IMG/VR virus record: IMGVR_UViG_3300035698_033253
Source of the DNA: a virus
Length of the DNA stretch: 36,816 bases
Strand: one strand, 5' to 3'
The position numbers were made by a program, and so were the translations under genes. Under the pieces are notes generated by a model. It did no database searches and was not told where the DNA came from. It saw only the letters and a program-made list of their open reading frames with translations. Below are positions 17,746 through 24,624 of this stretch, piece by piece. The stretch's first letter is position 1. Each line of letters begins with the position of its first letter.

Positions 17746-17830
17746 TAGAAGAGTTAAGACCAAAACAGGACAATAAATAGGAAACAGAAAGAGAGCTTTA
17801 CAAACTCCAGAGTTCAGAGTATAATAGAAG
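17711..17830 (+). repeat. 41-bp direct repeat (2 copies, 17711-17751 and 17790-17830, 2 mismatches), each carrying an AGAGTATAATAGAAG promoter-like motif
   Basis: Copy 1 includes the last codons and stop of the gene at 16768-17745; copy 2 lies 38 nt downstream, immediately before the ncRNA candidate. Confidence 0.9.
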
Positions 17831-17834
17831 AAAT

Positions 17835-18575
17835 TGGGAGGTTGCAAGTGAACGAACCTCAAGCGTCTATTAAAAGCCCATTGGGCTTATGATCTTTGAA
17901 AATTTGAAACATTAGAACCATCCCCTTTGTCGCCGGGGATGAAAAAATCTGTTTGCTTAGGACTGGGCAACAGACCGCAAGGATAGGCGAGAGGTCGTGA
18001 AGGACAGCCCTTCGGGGTTGAAAGGTTCATTCCTTTCTAACTACACAATGAGACCGCCAGATAAAGAGGTCGCACTCGGAAACTGGTAAGTAACCAAGGG
18101 CATGGGTCTCCATAAAGCGAATTGGAGAATTACTGTCTGGATGATAAGCGGATTGTGTGTGCTTATCGCATAACGGTCTAGGATATTATATTTATCCACA
18201 ATTTATGATAATAAATCTCCTGGAAAATGACCGAGATTCGTCAAGGTCATAAAGCATACGTGTGGGATAGTAGAAGTGCCTACGATAGACGGCGCAAGCT
18301 GTTTATGCTGCCCGCAAGGGGTTAGTTGGAGCAACTTCCAGGGTTGCGAAGATTGACGGGTTAGTGAAAAGTTAGCGACGGTTGACTTGATGCAAGCCTA
18401 GAATGCTACCTACACTACTACGTGCCGTTCCGTGATGGAGACATCGAGAACGGGGGTGAATACGGTGAAGGGGTTTAGATCCCGTGTGCAGACCAGATGG
18501 AGTTAGAAATAATGTTGATCTCTGGGGTCACCGTAGTAAGGAATAGATCTTGTGCTAACGCCTTACATTTTTTGG
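17835..18575 (+). ncRNA. candidate large structured non-coding RNA (~740 nt; class undetermined, possibly GOLLD/ROOL-like)
   Basis: Longest ORF-free stretch in the window and visibly GC-richer than its flanks. Multiple stable tetraloop hairpins (CCC-UUCG-GGG, CCC-GCAA-GGG, CC-GCAA-GG, AGCCC-AUU-GGGCU). Preceded by duplicated TATAAT-containing repeats and followed by a hairpin plus U-tract near 18536-18574. Confidence 0.45.
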
Positions 18576-18749
18576 GCTGGTCGTCCAAGTGCAGGACAAC
18601 TTCGCCGGGTGACGTTTATCTGCGTTTGCGTAAGAAAATCGTTTTCCATGAAGTAAATGGTGTCTCGCAAACACCCCAGCCTACTTTATCTCTTGTTGAG
18701 ATTACGCTTCGATGATTGTGACAAATTTTTAGGAGTAGGAGGTTGTGTG

Positions 18750-19217
18750 ATGGGGTATAAACTTGTGGCGGTAGTTGCTTTGTTATGGGGTGTTGGTGCT
18801 GCAATTGGATTTGCTGAGCCACCGAAGAAGTCTGAAACCAAAGTAAGTAAATCAGATGCCTCAGCCCAGCGGGTGAGGATGCATCGAAAGGAAATCAAAG
18901 TAAATAAATCAGATGCTTCAGCCCAGTTGCGGGTGAGGATGCATCGAAAGTTGGCAACTCTGATCGAGGCTCAAGCAGCCGCGAAACCCAACCAAACCAA
19001 GATCAACAAGTTGATCGTCCAGATTGATGATCTGCGTGCCAAGATTCGATCCGGTGGTCGTGGCGTTGGCGTTGGCGTTGGCGTTGGCGTTGGTGTTGGC
19101 TATGGTCGTGGTTACGGTGTCGGCGTCAGTTATGGTCGTGGTTACGGTTACGGTAATGGTCGTCGTGGTTATGGTTATGGTCGTGGTTACGGTTATGGTA
19201 ATGTTCGCGGTCGTTAA
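18750..19217 (+). CDS. secreted Gly/Tyr/Arg-rich repeat protein
   Basis: ATG preceded by AGGAGTAGGAGG. Signal-peptide-like MGYKLVAVVALLWGVGAAIGFA. Internal duplicated KSDASAQ(L)RVRMHRK units and a (GV)n/(GYGRGYG)n tail encoded by a (GGCGTT)n repeat. The ORF track start at 18657 is probably too far upstream. Confidence 0.5.
   Translation: MGYKLVAVVALLWGVGAAIGFAEPPKKSETKVSKSDASAQRVRMHRKEIKVNKSDASAQLRVRMHRKLATLIEAQAAAKPNQTKINKLIVQIDDLRAKIRSGGRGVGVGVGVGVGVGYGRGYGVGVSYGRGYGYGNGRRGYGYGRGYGYGNVRGR
19062..19100 (+). repeat. (GGCGTT)n hexanucleotide repeat encoding (GV)n in the Gly-rich secreted protein
   Basis: GGCGTT x5 then GGTGTTGGC. Confidence 0.9.
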
Positions 19218-19464
19218 AAGAAGTTTTTCGGTTGGTCGTCTAAACGCTAGGACACATCTCTTCGATGAAAATGGTGATCGAAAAACTCCTCGGCTTTCAT
19301 TGTGGATGTCGAAAATTAAATGCTTACCGTGTTGAGACCAACATGGTCGCTTACGAACGGTGTAGTTGTCGAGATTGGCGGTGTATAATAATGACTGGCT
19401 AAATGATGTGTTAGAAACCTTGCGGTGGTGAAATCAGCAAAAACCGTTTTACCTTAATTCAGCT

Positions 19465-19560
19465 TTTTAACTACGATCCCCGTGACCCCCCAGCTTTGAA
19501 TCCGTAAATCCCCCCAAATTACCGATTCCTAGCCAGGGGGTCTCGGAAATCGTAGTTAAA
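19465..19560 (+). other. long imperfect hairpin with 13-bp perfect terminal inverted repeat (TTTTAACTACGAT ... ATCGTAGTTAAAA)
   Basis: Arms at 19465-19477 and 19548-19560. Inner GACCCCCC...GGGGGTC pairing. Lies in the leader of a small membrane-peptide ORF (ATG 19572). Confidence 0.6.
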
Positions 19561-19699
19561 AAGGGGTTACGATGACGACAATTCTTATTATAACGTTTTG
19601 GGCGTGGGCGATGTATGCAGCCTCCAAGCAGTTTCAGATGACTGGATGGTCATGGCGTCTGCCAGTGTGTGCGGTGATTAATTTCGTGTTCTGTCCAAT

Positions 19700-20269
19700 A
19701 TGTATAATGATTCAGGGCGAATAGAGCCTGTAAAAATAGAAAGAGAGTCAGTCGTGAGTGTGAAAAGGAATCTTGCCCTTGGTTGTGGTGGATTGATAGG
19801 GCTTTGGACGGCCTCCATGCTCATGATGTTTGTTTTCTCATTAATCTTCGGTAATGGATATCAGAGGATGATGGATGAAGATGCCGAGCGGCAACAAGCT
19901 CAGGTTGCCCAGGTTGCCCATGCAGATCAGCTTTGGGAATCGGGCAAGAAGCCCGATGCTGTTGATGCCTATACATCGCTGCTCTACGGAACCAATACGG
20001 TATGGTTTACTCGTAGTAAGTTTATGGATAGCGAACTTCCAAGGATTTACCGACGAGTAATTGACCACAAGATCGAGCTTGGTGGCTCTGAAGCAGGTCG
20101 GGATGACATTATGAAGGCGCTGAATAATAAGGTTCCCTTGGCATTGAGTACCTCAGAGGCGAATGAGTTCGTTGCAAAGCTACGTCAGGAATACAAGCGA
20201 GAACAAGAACGAGAACAAGAGGCTGCCGTAAAGAGATATGAACTTGGAAATAATCTTTGGGTAAGATAA
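19700..20269 (+). CDS. hypothetical membrane protein (189 aa)
   Basis: One TM helix LALGCGGLIGLWTASMLMMFVFSLIFG, then a charged helical domain (EQEREQEAAVKRYE). Confidence 0.45.
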   Translation: MYNDSGRIEPVKIERESVVSVKRNLALGCGGLIGLWTASMLMMFVFSLIFGNGYQRMMDEDAERQQAQVAQVAHADQLWESGKKPDAVDAYTSLLYGTNTVWFTRSKFMDSELPRIYRRVIDHKIELGGSEAGRDDIMKALNNKVPLALSTSEANEFVAKLRQEYKREQEREQEAAVKRYELGNNLWVR

Positions 20270-20605
20270 ATGGCAGAAGACCAACCATTTCCATCTGAAG
20301 TGCTTGTCTCTGCACCTTGATCGCCGCCACCCAACCCACGACCATTCATCTTATCACCATGAATTTCTTAGGATAAATAGCCACATGCATACCAACCACT
20401 ATCGTAATGAACCCCTCTAAACATCCGAACTCCGTACCATCACTGGGCGGCTCATATCTTTTTTCGGGCTTGAACTGTTGCTTGTTCTTATTGCTGGTTG
20501 GAGCCGTTGTATGGTTTGTGGCTTCATGCTGGATGGCTTGTTTTTGAATTGGCAAAAAAGTAGTGAACCTTTTGGCGTTCTCTTACGTCTATAAAAATAC
20601 ATGAC

Positions 20606-20678
20606 GCGGGATGGAGCAGTCTGGCAGCTCGCAAGGCTCATAACCTTGAGGCCGGGGGTTCAAATCCCTCTCCCGCCA
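20606..20678 (+). tRNA. tRNA-Met/Ile2 (anticodon CAT)
   Basis: Acceptor GCGGGAT/ATCCCGC, anticodon loop CTCATAA, T-arm GGGGGTTCAAATCCCTC, encoded CCA. Confidence 0.8.
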
Positions 20679-20868
20679 CTTAAAAGTTTGTTTGTAAGGA
20701 ATTAAAAATGTTGTTACTTTGCAATAAGAATGTCCAGTCCTTGTGGCATAATAAATGCCAACAAGGAACCTGCGCTCCTACCACGATTTGTGGTAATGGA
20801 ACAAAGGATCGGACTCTCTGAGCAAAGATCAAAAATGCTCAGGGAAACCTGGGCCAAGGAAATAAGAA

Positions 20869-20899
20869 CCCTTCCCAGGTCACTGGGAAGGGTTTTTTT
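20869..20899 (+). terminator. rho-independent terminator
   Basis: CCCTTCCCA-GGTCAC-TGGGAAGGG followed by TTTTTTT; ends 7 nt before the radical-SAM ATG. Confidence 0.75.
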
Positions 20900-20905
20900 G
20901 TTGGA

Positions 20906-21880
20906 ATGACAATGAAATTAGAAAAAATTGGATTTTACACGCTGTCGGACAAACGTGCTGCACAAACTTGTAGCACGTCTCCTATGTGGCGTTGTGAAAT
21001 GATTGTAACCAATCGTTGTAATTTCAAGTGTCCATATTGTCGTGGATTGTTAGTGCTGAGTAGAGATTGTGAATCAGATATAGATTTTACAATGGCTTGT
21101 GATACATTAGATTTGTGGACAAAAGATAGATTAAAGAATATTCGTTTTAGCGGTGGTGAGCCAACTCTTTATCCACGTTTGTTGGATTTAGTAAAAAGAT
21201 GTAAGCAAGGTGGCGTAGAACGTATTGCGATCTCTAGTAATGGTTCTATGGATTTTAGAGTATATGAACAATTGATTGAAAATGGAGTAAATGATTTTTC
21301 CATTTCATTAGATGCTTGTTGCGCTACGTTTGGAGATCAAATGACAGGCACAACAGGTCAGTGGGAAAAGGTGGTTGAGAATATCAGAAGAATCTCTGCT
21401 CTTACTTATGTTACGGTGGGCGTGGTGCTGACAAAAGATAATGTAGATGATACTAAAAATATCGTAAGGTTTGCACATGAATTGGGAGTTGCTGATATTA
21501 GAATTATATCTGCTGCTCAATTCAATCAGTTGGTAAGTGGGCTAGAGGATATAGACGAATACATACTGGATGCACATCCCATTCTTAAATATCGAGTGCA
21601 TCATTTTAAAGAAGGTAGGAATGTAAGAGGAATTGAAGATTATGATACGCATAAATGCCATTTAGTAAAAGATGATAGTGTAGTGGCGGGGAAATGGCAT
21701 TTTCCATGTGTTATTCATATGCGAGAAGGTGGAGAACCTATCGGAGAAGTTAACTCTGATATGAGAAAAAATAGAATAAATTGGTTCGATCAACATGATA
21801 CACATGTTGATCCCATCTGTCGCCAAAATTGTTTGGATGTGTGTATAGATTATAATAATAAATGTGAAGTTGATCTTTGA
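20906..21880 (+). CDS. radical SAM enzyme (viperin/MoaA-like core)
   Basis: CNFKCPYC (C-x3-C-x2-C with aromatic residues). NIRFSGGEPTLYP glycine-rich SAM motif. ISSNGS and ISLDA motifs in the order typical of viperin/MoaA-type partial TIM barrels. Confidence 0.8.
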   Translation: MTMKLEKIGFYTLSDKRAAQTCSTSPMWRCEMIVTNRCNFKCPYCRGLLVLSRDCESDIDFTMACDTLDLWTKDRLKNIRFSGGEPTLYPRLLDLVKRCKQGGVERIAISSNGSMDFRVYEQLIENGVNDFSISLDACCATFGDQMTGTTGQWEKVVENIRRISALTYVTVGVVLTKDNVDDTKNIVRFAHELGVADIRIISAAQFNQLVSGLEDIDEYILDAHPILKYRVHHFKEGRNVRGIEDYDTHKCHLVKDDSVVAGKWHFPCVIHMREGGEPIGEVNSDMRKNRINWFDQHDTHVDPICRQNCLDVCIDYNNKCEVDL

Positions 21881-21897
21881 AAATTTGGAATTTATAT

Positions 21898-21970
21898 TGC
21901 GGTGGATCGCCATTGGTAGGGGAGCGTGTCTGTTAAACACGTCGTTGGAGGTTCGAATCCTCCTGCCGCA
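21898..21970 (+). tRNA. tRNA-Asn (GTT), irregular D-arm
   Basis: Acceptor pairs with two GU wobbles, anticodon stem CGTGT/ACACG with loop CTGTTAA, canonical T-arm GGAGGTTCGAATCCTCC. The D-stem does not pair canonically. Confidence 0.55.
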
Positions 21971-21976
21971 GCTTAT

Positions 21977-22054
21977 AGGTGGGGTGCTGCTGGGACAGCG
22001 ACGGGTCTCCAAAACCCGTGCGAAAGCTATGGGATTCGATTTCTCCCCCGCCTG
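21977..22054 (+). tRNA. tRNA-like, anticodon CCA (Trp) by fold; irregular T-stem, 78 nt
   Basis: Acceptor AGGTGGG/CCCGCCT, D-stem GCTG/CAGC, anticodon stem ACGGGT/ACCCGT with loop CTCCAAA; T-loop TTCGATT with only a 3-4 bp stem. Confidence 0.4.
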
Positions 22055-22059
22055 CTTAT

Positions 22060-22134
22060 TGCCGGGTAGATTGTGTTGGCACAATCGTGTGGCTCTGAAC
22101 CACAAATCCGTACGTTCGATTCGTACCCCGGCAG
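22060..22134 (+). tRNA. tRNA-Gln (CTG)
   Basis: U1-A72 acceptor TGCCGGG/CCCGGCA, D-stem GATT/AATC, anticodon stem TGTGG/CCACA with loop CTCTGAA, T-arm GTACGTTCGATTCGTAC. Confidence 0.75.
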
Positions 22135-22198
22135 CTTGGGATGGGTGATTAATTTTGCCTAAAAGGTTAGTCACTGGACCTCGGGCGACAGTGACATT

Positions 22199-22269
22199 GG
22201 TCCATAGGTGTTCCGGCAGCACACATCCTTGGTAAGGATGAAGATCGAGTTCAATTCTCGGATGGACCT
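22199..22269 (+). tRNA. tRNA-Thr (GGT)
   Basis: Acceptor GGTCCAT/ATGGACC, anticodon stem CATCC/GGATG with loop TTGGTAA, T-arm TCGAGTTCAATTCTCGG. Confidence 0.6.
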
Positions 22270-22342
22270 CTAGAAAAAGTTACTTCCTACTACTAAAAGT
22301 ACTAATGTGGTTCAACATATTTATGGAGCAATTGAGGAATAC

Positions 22343-22415
22343 TGGAGCATAGTGTAGTGGTTCTGCATATTTGGCTGATATCCAAAAGGTATAGGTTCGA
22401 TTCCTATTGCTCCGA
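22343..22415 (+). tRNA. tRNA-Ile (GAT)
   Basis: Acceptor TGGAGCA/TGCTCCG, anticodon stem TTTGG/CCAAA with loop CTGATAT, T-arm ATAGGTTCGATTCCTAT; D-stem imperfect. Confidence 0.6.
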
Positions 22416-22445
22416 CTTTACAAAAGAAGAAAAATAGGATATAAT

Positions 22446-22521
22446 AGCCGAGGGTCCGGTGTTGGTACTGGAGGGTGCCTTTGAAGCATCTTTGTCGCAC
22501 GTTCGATTCGTGCCTCGGCTG
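22446..22521 (+). tRNA. tRNA-Gln (TTG)
   Basis: Acceptor AGCCGAG/CTCGGCT, D-stem TCCG/TGGA, anticodon stem GGTGC/GCATC with loop CTTTGAA, T-arm GCACGTTCGATTCGTGC. Confidence 0.75.
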
Positions 22522-22525
22522 CTTT

Positions 22526-22597
22526 GGCTCGTTAGCAATCTAGTGATGCCGCACGCTGTTAACGTGCTCTAGCTGGGAGCGTAACCCAGGCGAGCCT
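22526..22597 (+). tRNA. tRNA-Asn(GTT)-like with aberrant T-loop (possible pseudo-tRNA)
   Basis: Cloverleaf proportions are good (acceptor GGCTCGT/GCGAGCC, anticodon stem GCACG/CGTGC, loop CTGTTAA, 72 nt), but the T-loop is AGCGTAA and lacks the conserved GTTC. Confidence 0.4.
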
Positions 22598-22639
22598 CTT
22601 TGTTTGAAAATTAAAATCATAACATAATGGAGTCCTTAT

Positions 22640-22990
22640 ATGATTTTTGCTTTTTGCACTTTGGGAGATATGAATTGCGGAGAAGTTAAGGAAGAGTTCC
22701 GTGAAGACAAATTTGTTTCATTACTTGTTTATGTTCACGAAGGGAAAAAGGTAATTCCTTATTTTTCCAGCGAAAAAGTATGTAAAGATTTTTGTCGTCG
22801 TAATCTTCCAAAAAAATGGTTAAGCGGATCAGTTAGTCTTGAAGAAGAAGAGTTGTCTAAAGTAGCGGCAGATCATAACATAGATGCTAAGATGTTTGAT
22901 TGGCCACGAAATATTAAAAAATTTGTAGAATGGGATATTGTAATCCACGAGTTGATAGAAGAACCAGATATTATATCTAAAAAAGTCTAG
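22640..22990 (+). CDS. hypothetical protein (116 aa) inside the tRNA array
   Basis: ATG ORF between tRNA genes with GGAG leader. Confidence 0.45.
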   Translation: MIFAFCTLGDMNCGEVKEEFREDKFVSLLVYVHEGKKVIPYFSSEKVCKDFCRRNLPKKWLSGSVSLEEEELSKVAADHNIDAKMFDWPRNIKKFVEWDIVIHELIEEPDIISKKV

Positions 22991-23038
22991 GAGAATATGA
23001 TGAATTTACGATTGAAACGCACGGCACCGACAATTTTT

Positions 23039-23113
23039 GGTGTCGTAGCAAACGTTGGCATTGCAACAGGCTTTTACCCTGTCTAAACGCTGGTTCGATT
23101 CCAGTCGGCATCA
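23039..23113 (+). tRNA. tRNA-Lys (TTT), copy 1
   Basis: Acceptor GGTGTCG/CGGCATC (two GU), anticodon stem ACAGG/CCTGT with loop CTTTTAC, T-arm GCTGGTTCGATTCCAGT. Confidence 0.6.
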
Positions 23114-23122
23114 CTTGAGCAT

Positions 23123-23196
23123 GATCTCGTAGCTCAATTGGTTAGAGCAACGGACTTTTAATCCGTAGGTTGTGGATTCGAGTTCCACCGGGATCA
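23123..23196 (+). tRNA. tRNA-Lys (TTT), copy 2
   Basis: Canonical: acceptor GATCTCG/CGGGATC, D-arm GCTCAATTGGTTAGAGC, anticodon stem ACGGA/TCCGT with loop CTTTTAA, T-arm GTGGATTCGAGTTCCAC. Confidence 0.85.
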
Positions 23197-23199
23197 CTA

Positions 23200-23496
23200 A
23201 TGGAAAGACTGAAATATATTTTTGACCACTGGAAACTAGGAGTTCATCTTATTCTTAGGACAAAGAGATTTGGGGTGAACAATGGTTGGTGGTTTGGGTC
23301 AGATTCAGTTTTGGGAGTTTCAACGATACAAATTATATGGGATGCAATTAGGATTTACCCCATAGTGAAGAATTATGAAATGATGAAGTTCAGAGCGACA
23401 AAAGTGTTTTTTTTAAGCACTGAAACATGTGCTATGCTCTGGCCAAGGGAATACAATGTACGAAATTACAATCAAAGGAGTAACCAGACAGTTTGA
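23200..23496 (+). CDS. hypothetical protein (start moved to the first ATG downstream of the tRNA)
   Basis: ORF track start at 23170 lies inside the tRNA at 23123-23196; the first ATG after the tRNA is at 23200 (MERLKYIF...). Confidence 0.3.
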   Translation: MERLKYIFDHWKLGVHLILRTKRFGVNNGWWFGSDSVLGVSTIQIIWDAIRIYPIVKNYEMMKFRATKVFFLSTETCAMLWPREYNVRNYNQRSNQTV

Positions 23497-23590
23497 GAGT
23501 GCGGCTAAAATGGCTGAATGGCAAGAGTCGATGCTTGCCATGCCTCGCAAGTTCAAAAAAGAAAAGAAAACTAAAACAAAAATTACAAAA

Positions 23591-23663
23591 GCCCCTTTAA
23601 CTCAGCGGCTAGAGTTCCTGGCTTTTAACCAGGGGGTCGAAGGTTCAAATCCTTCAAGGGGCA
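23591..23663 (+). tRNA. tRNA-Lys (TTT), copy 3
   Basis: Acceptor GCCCCTT/AAGGGGC, anticodon stem CCTGG/CCAGG with loop CTTTTAA, T-arm GAAGGTTCAAATCCTTC. Confidence 0.8.
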
Positions 23664-23675
23664 CTTAAATTAGGA

Positions 23676-23984
23676 TTGGTTATGAAATGTTGTAAAACAG
23701 CAAGAGAGCATAAATATCAAGGTGTTCGTCCACCACATTGTGATGGTGGTAAAGGATGTGATACTTGTCGTGAAATATTTCAAGATGTATGTTTACATCC
23801 TGTTGATTTTTTGCAACTTGAAGAAGGCGTACAATTTACACTCGTTTGCACGCGTTGTAGAGCCGATGTTACGGAACATTTGAGCAATTTTTTTACTATG
23901 CAGAAGTTGTTAGAACTGGATCGAAGAGTTAAAACTCTTGAAGACGAGTTGGGGGCAAGGGAGCCAAATTATTTTGGAGACTAG
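23676..23984 (+). CDS. Cys-rich hypothetical protein (102 aa)
   Basis: MVMKCCKTAREH...CDGGKGCDTC...C..C cysteine pairs. Confidence 0.4.
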   Translation: MVMKCCKTAREHKYQGVRPPHCDGGKGCDTCREIFQDVCLHPVDFLQLEEGVQFTLVCTRCRADVTEHLSNFFTMQKLLELDRRVKTLEDELGAREPNYFGD

Positions 23985-23996
23985 GATAAATAAATA

Positions 23997-24383
23997 ATGG
24001 GTTGTTGTCTTATTGGAAGTAGTAGTTCGTATGATGATGGTGGCGGGGATTCTTGCGTTAGCGCAAGTGGTGGCGGGGATTCTTGCGTTAGCGCAAGTGG
24101 TGGCGGGGATAGACCTCAGAATCCAGACCCAAAAAACTTTAGAATAGAGAACAGTTCTCAGGTGGGTCAGTGGTTAATTGTTATTGTAGAATATCCTAAT
24201 TGCACTAATTACGAGGGTTTAAAAATTTTGGTTTACGAGGACACAACTTTGGAGCAGCTTGAACAGCAAGGGCATATTGATCCTCATTTTGCGAAGAACA
24301 AGCGTTGGCGTACGCCGTTTGCGCGATTTGAGCCGACCATAAAGGGTTGGGATGCTGCTTATCGGTTTTGTAGAGGAAAATAA
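23997..24383 (+). CDS. hypothetical protein with N-terminal MGCC and GGGDSCVSAS tandem repeats
   Basis: A 30-bp in-frame tandem repeat encodes GGGDSCVSAS x2.5; AATAATGGG start context. Confidence 0.4.
   Translation: MGCCLIGSSSSYDDGGGDSCVSASGGGDSCVSASGGGDRPQNPDPKNFRIENSSQVGQWLIVIVEYPNCTNYEGLKILVYEDTTLEQLEQQGHIDPHFAKNKRWRTPFARFEPTIKGWDAAYRFCRGK
24039..24112 (+). repeat. 30-bp in-frame tandem repeat x2.5 (GGTGGCGGGGATTCTTGCGTTAGCGCAAGT)
   Basis: Perfect copies; encodes GGGDSCVSAS. Confidence 0.9.
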
Positions 24384-24389
24384 TTTTTA

Positions 24390-24462
24390 GCGGGTGAAGC
24401 TCAAGTGGACGAGTCCCAGATTTCCAATCTGGTTGCTGCCGGTTCGAGGCCGGTCACCCGCA
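24390..24462 (+). tRNA. tRNA-Gly (TCC)
   Basis: Acceptor GCGGGTG/CACCCGC, anticodon stem CCAGA/TCTGG with loop TTTCCAA, T-arm GCCGGTTCGAGGCCGGT. Confidence 0.8.
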
Positions 24463-24467
24463 CTTAC

Positions 24468-24553
24468 GCTGCCGTGCTCCGAATTGGCTAAGGAACCGGA
24501 TTTGTAATCCGGCGAGGGAAACCTCATTGTGGGTCCGAGTCCCACCGGCAGCC
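24468..24553 (+). tRNA. class-II-shaped tRNA (86 nt, long variable arm) with anticodon TGT (Thr) by standard fold
   Basis: Perfect acceptor GCTGCCG/CGGCAGC, anticodon stem CCGGA/TCCGG with loop TTTGTAA, variable arm hairpin GAGG-GAAA-CCTC, T-arm GTGGGTCCGAGTCCCAC. Identity is ambiguous. Confidence 0.6.
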
Positions 24554-24624
24554 CTGTAAAAAAATTACTTGAGTTTTCGAGTAAACTAAGCAGCACTTAC
24601 TCATATATACTTTAGGAGGTATAT

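Noticed and set aside
17835-18575. tmRNA, RNase P RNA, group I or group II intron identity for the structured region
   Set aside because: I could not find the tmRNA tag-ORF/tRNA-like 3' end, the RNase P P4 consensus, a group II domain V, or a group I P7 by inspection. The class is left open and a GOLLD/ROOL-like RNA is only suggested.
18497-18822. Small ORFs 18497-18715 (+) and 18616-18822 (-)
   Set aside because: They lie within or at the edge of the structured RNA candidate and its terminator. No start signals. The real downstream gene starts at 18750 with a strong RBS.
19024-19335. ORF encoding VVVTVSASVMVVVTVTVMVVVV
   Set aside because: It is an alternative-frame translation of the (GGCGTT)n / GGTTATGG repeat region of the Gly-rich protein gene.
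21662-22222. 186-aa minus-strand ORF and 94-aa plus-strand ORF (21864-22148) across the tRNA cluster
   Set aside because: They run straight through several tRNA genes with canonical T-arms. These are artefacts of the GC-richer tRNA sequence.
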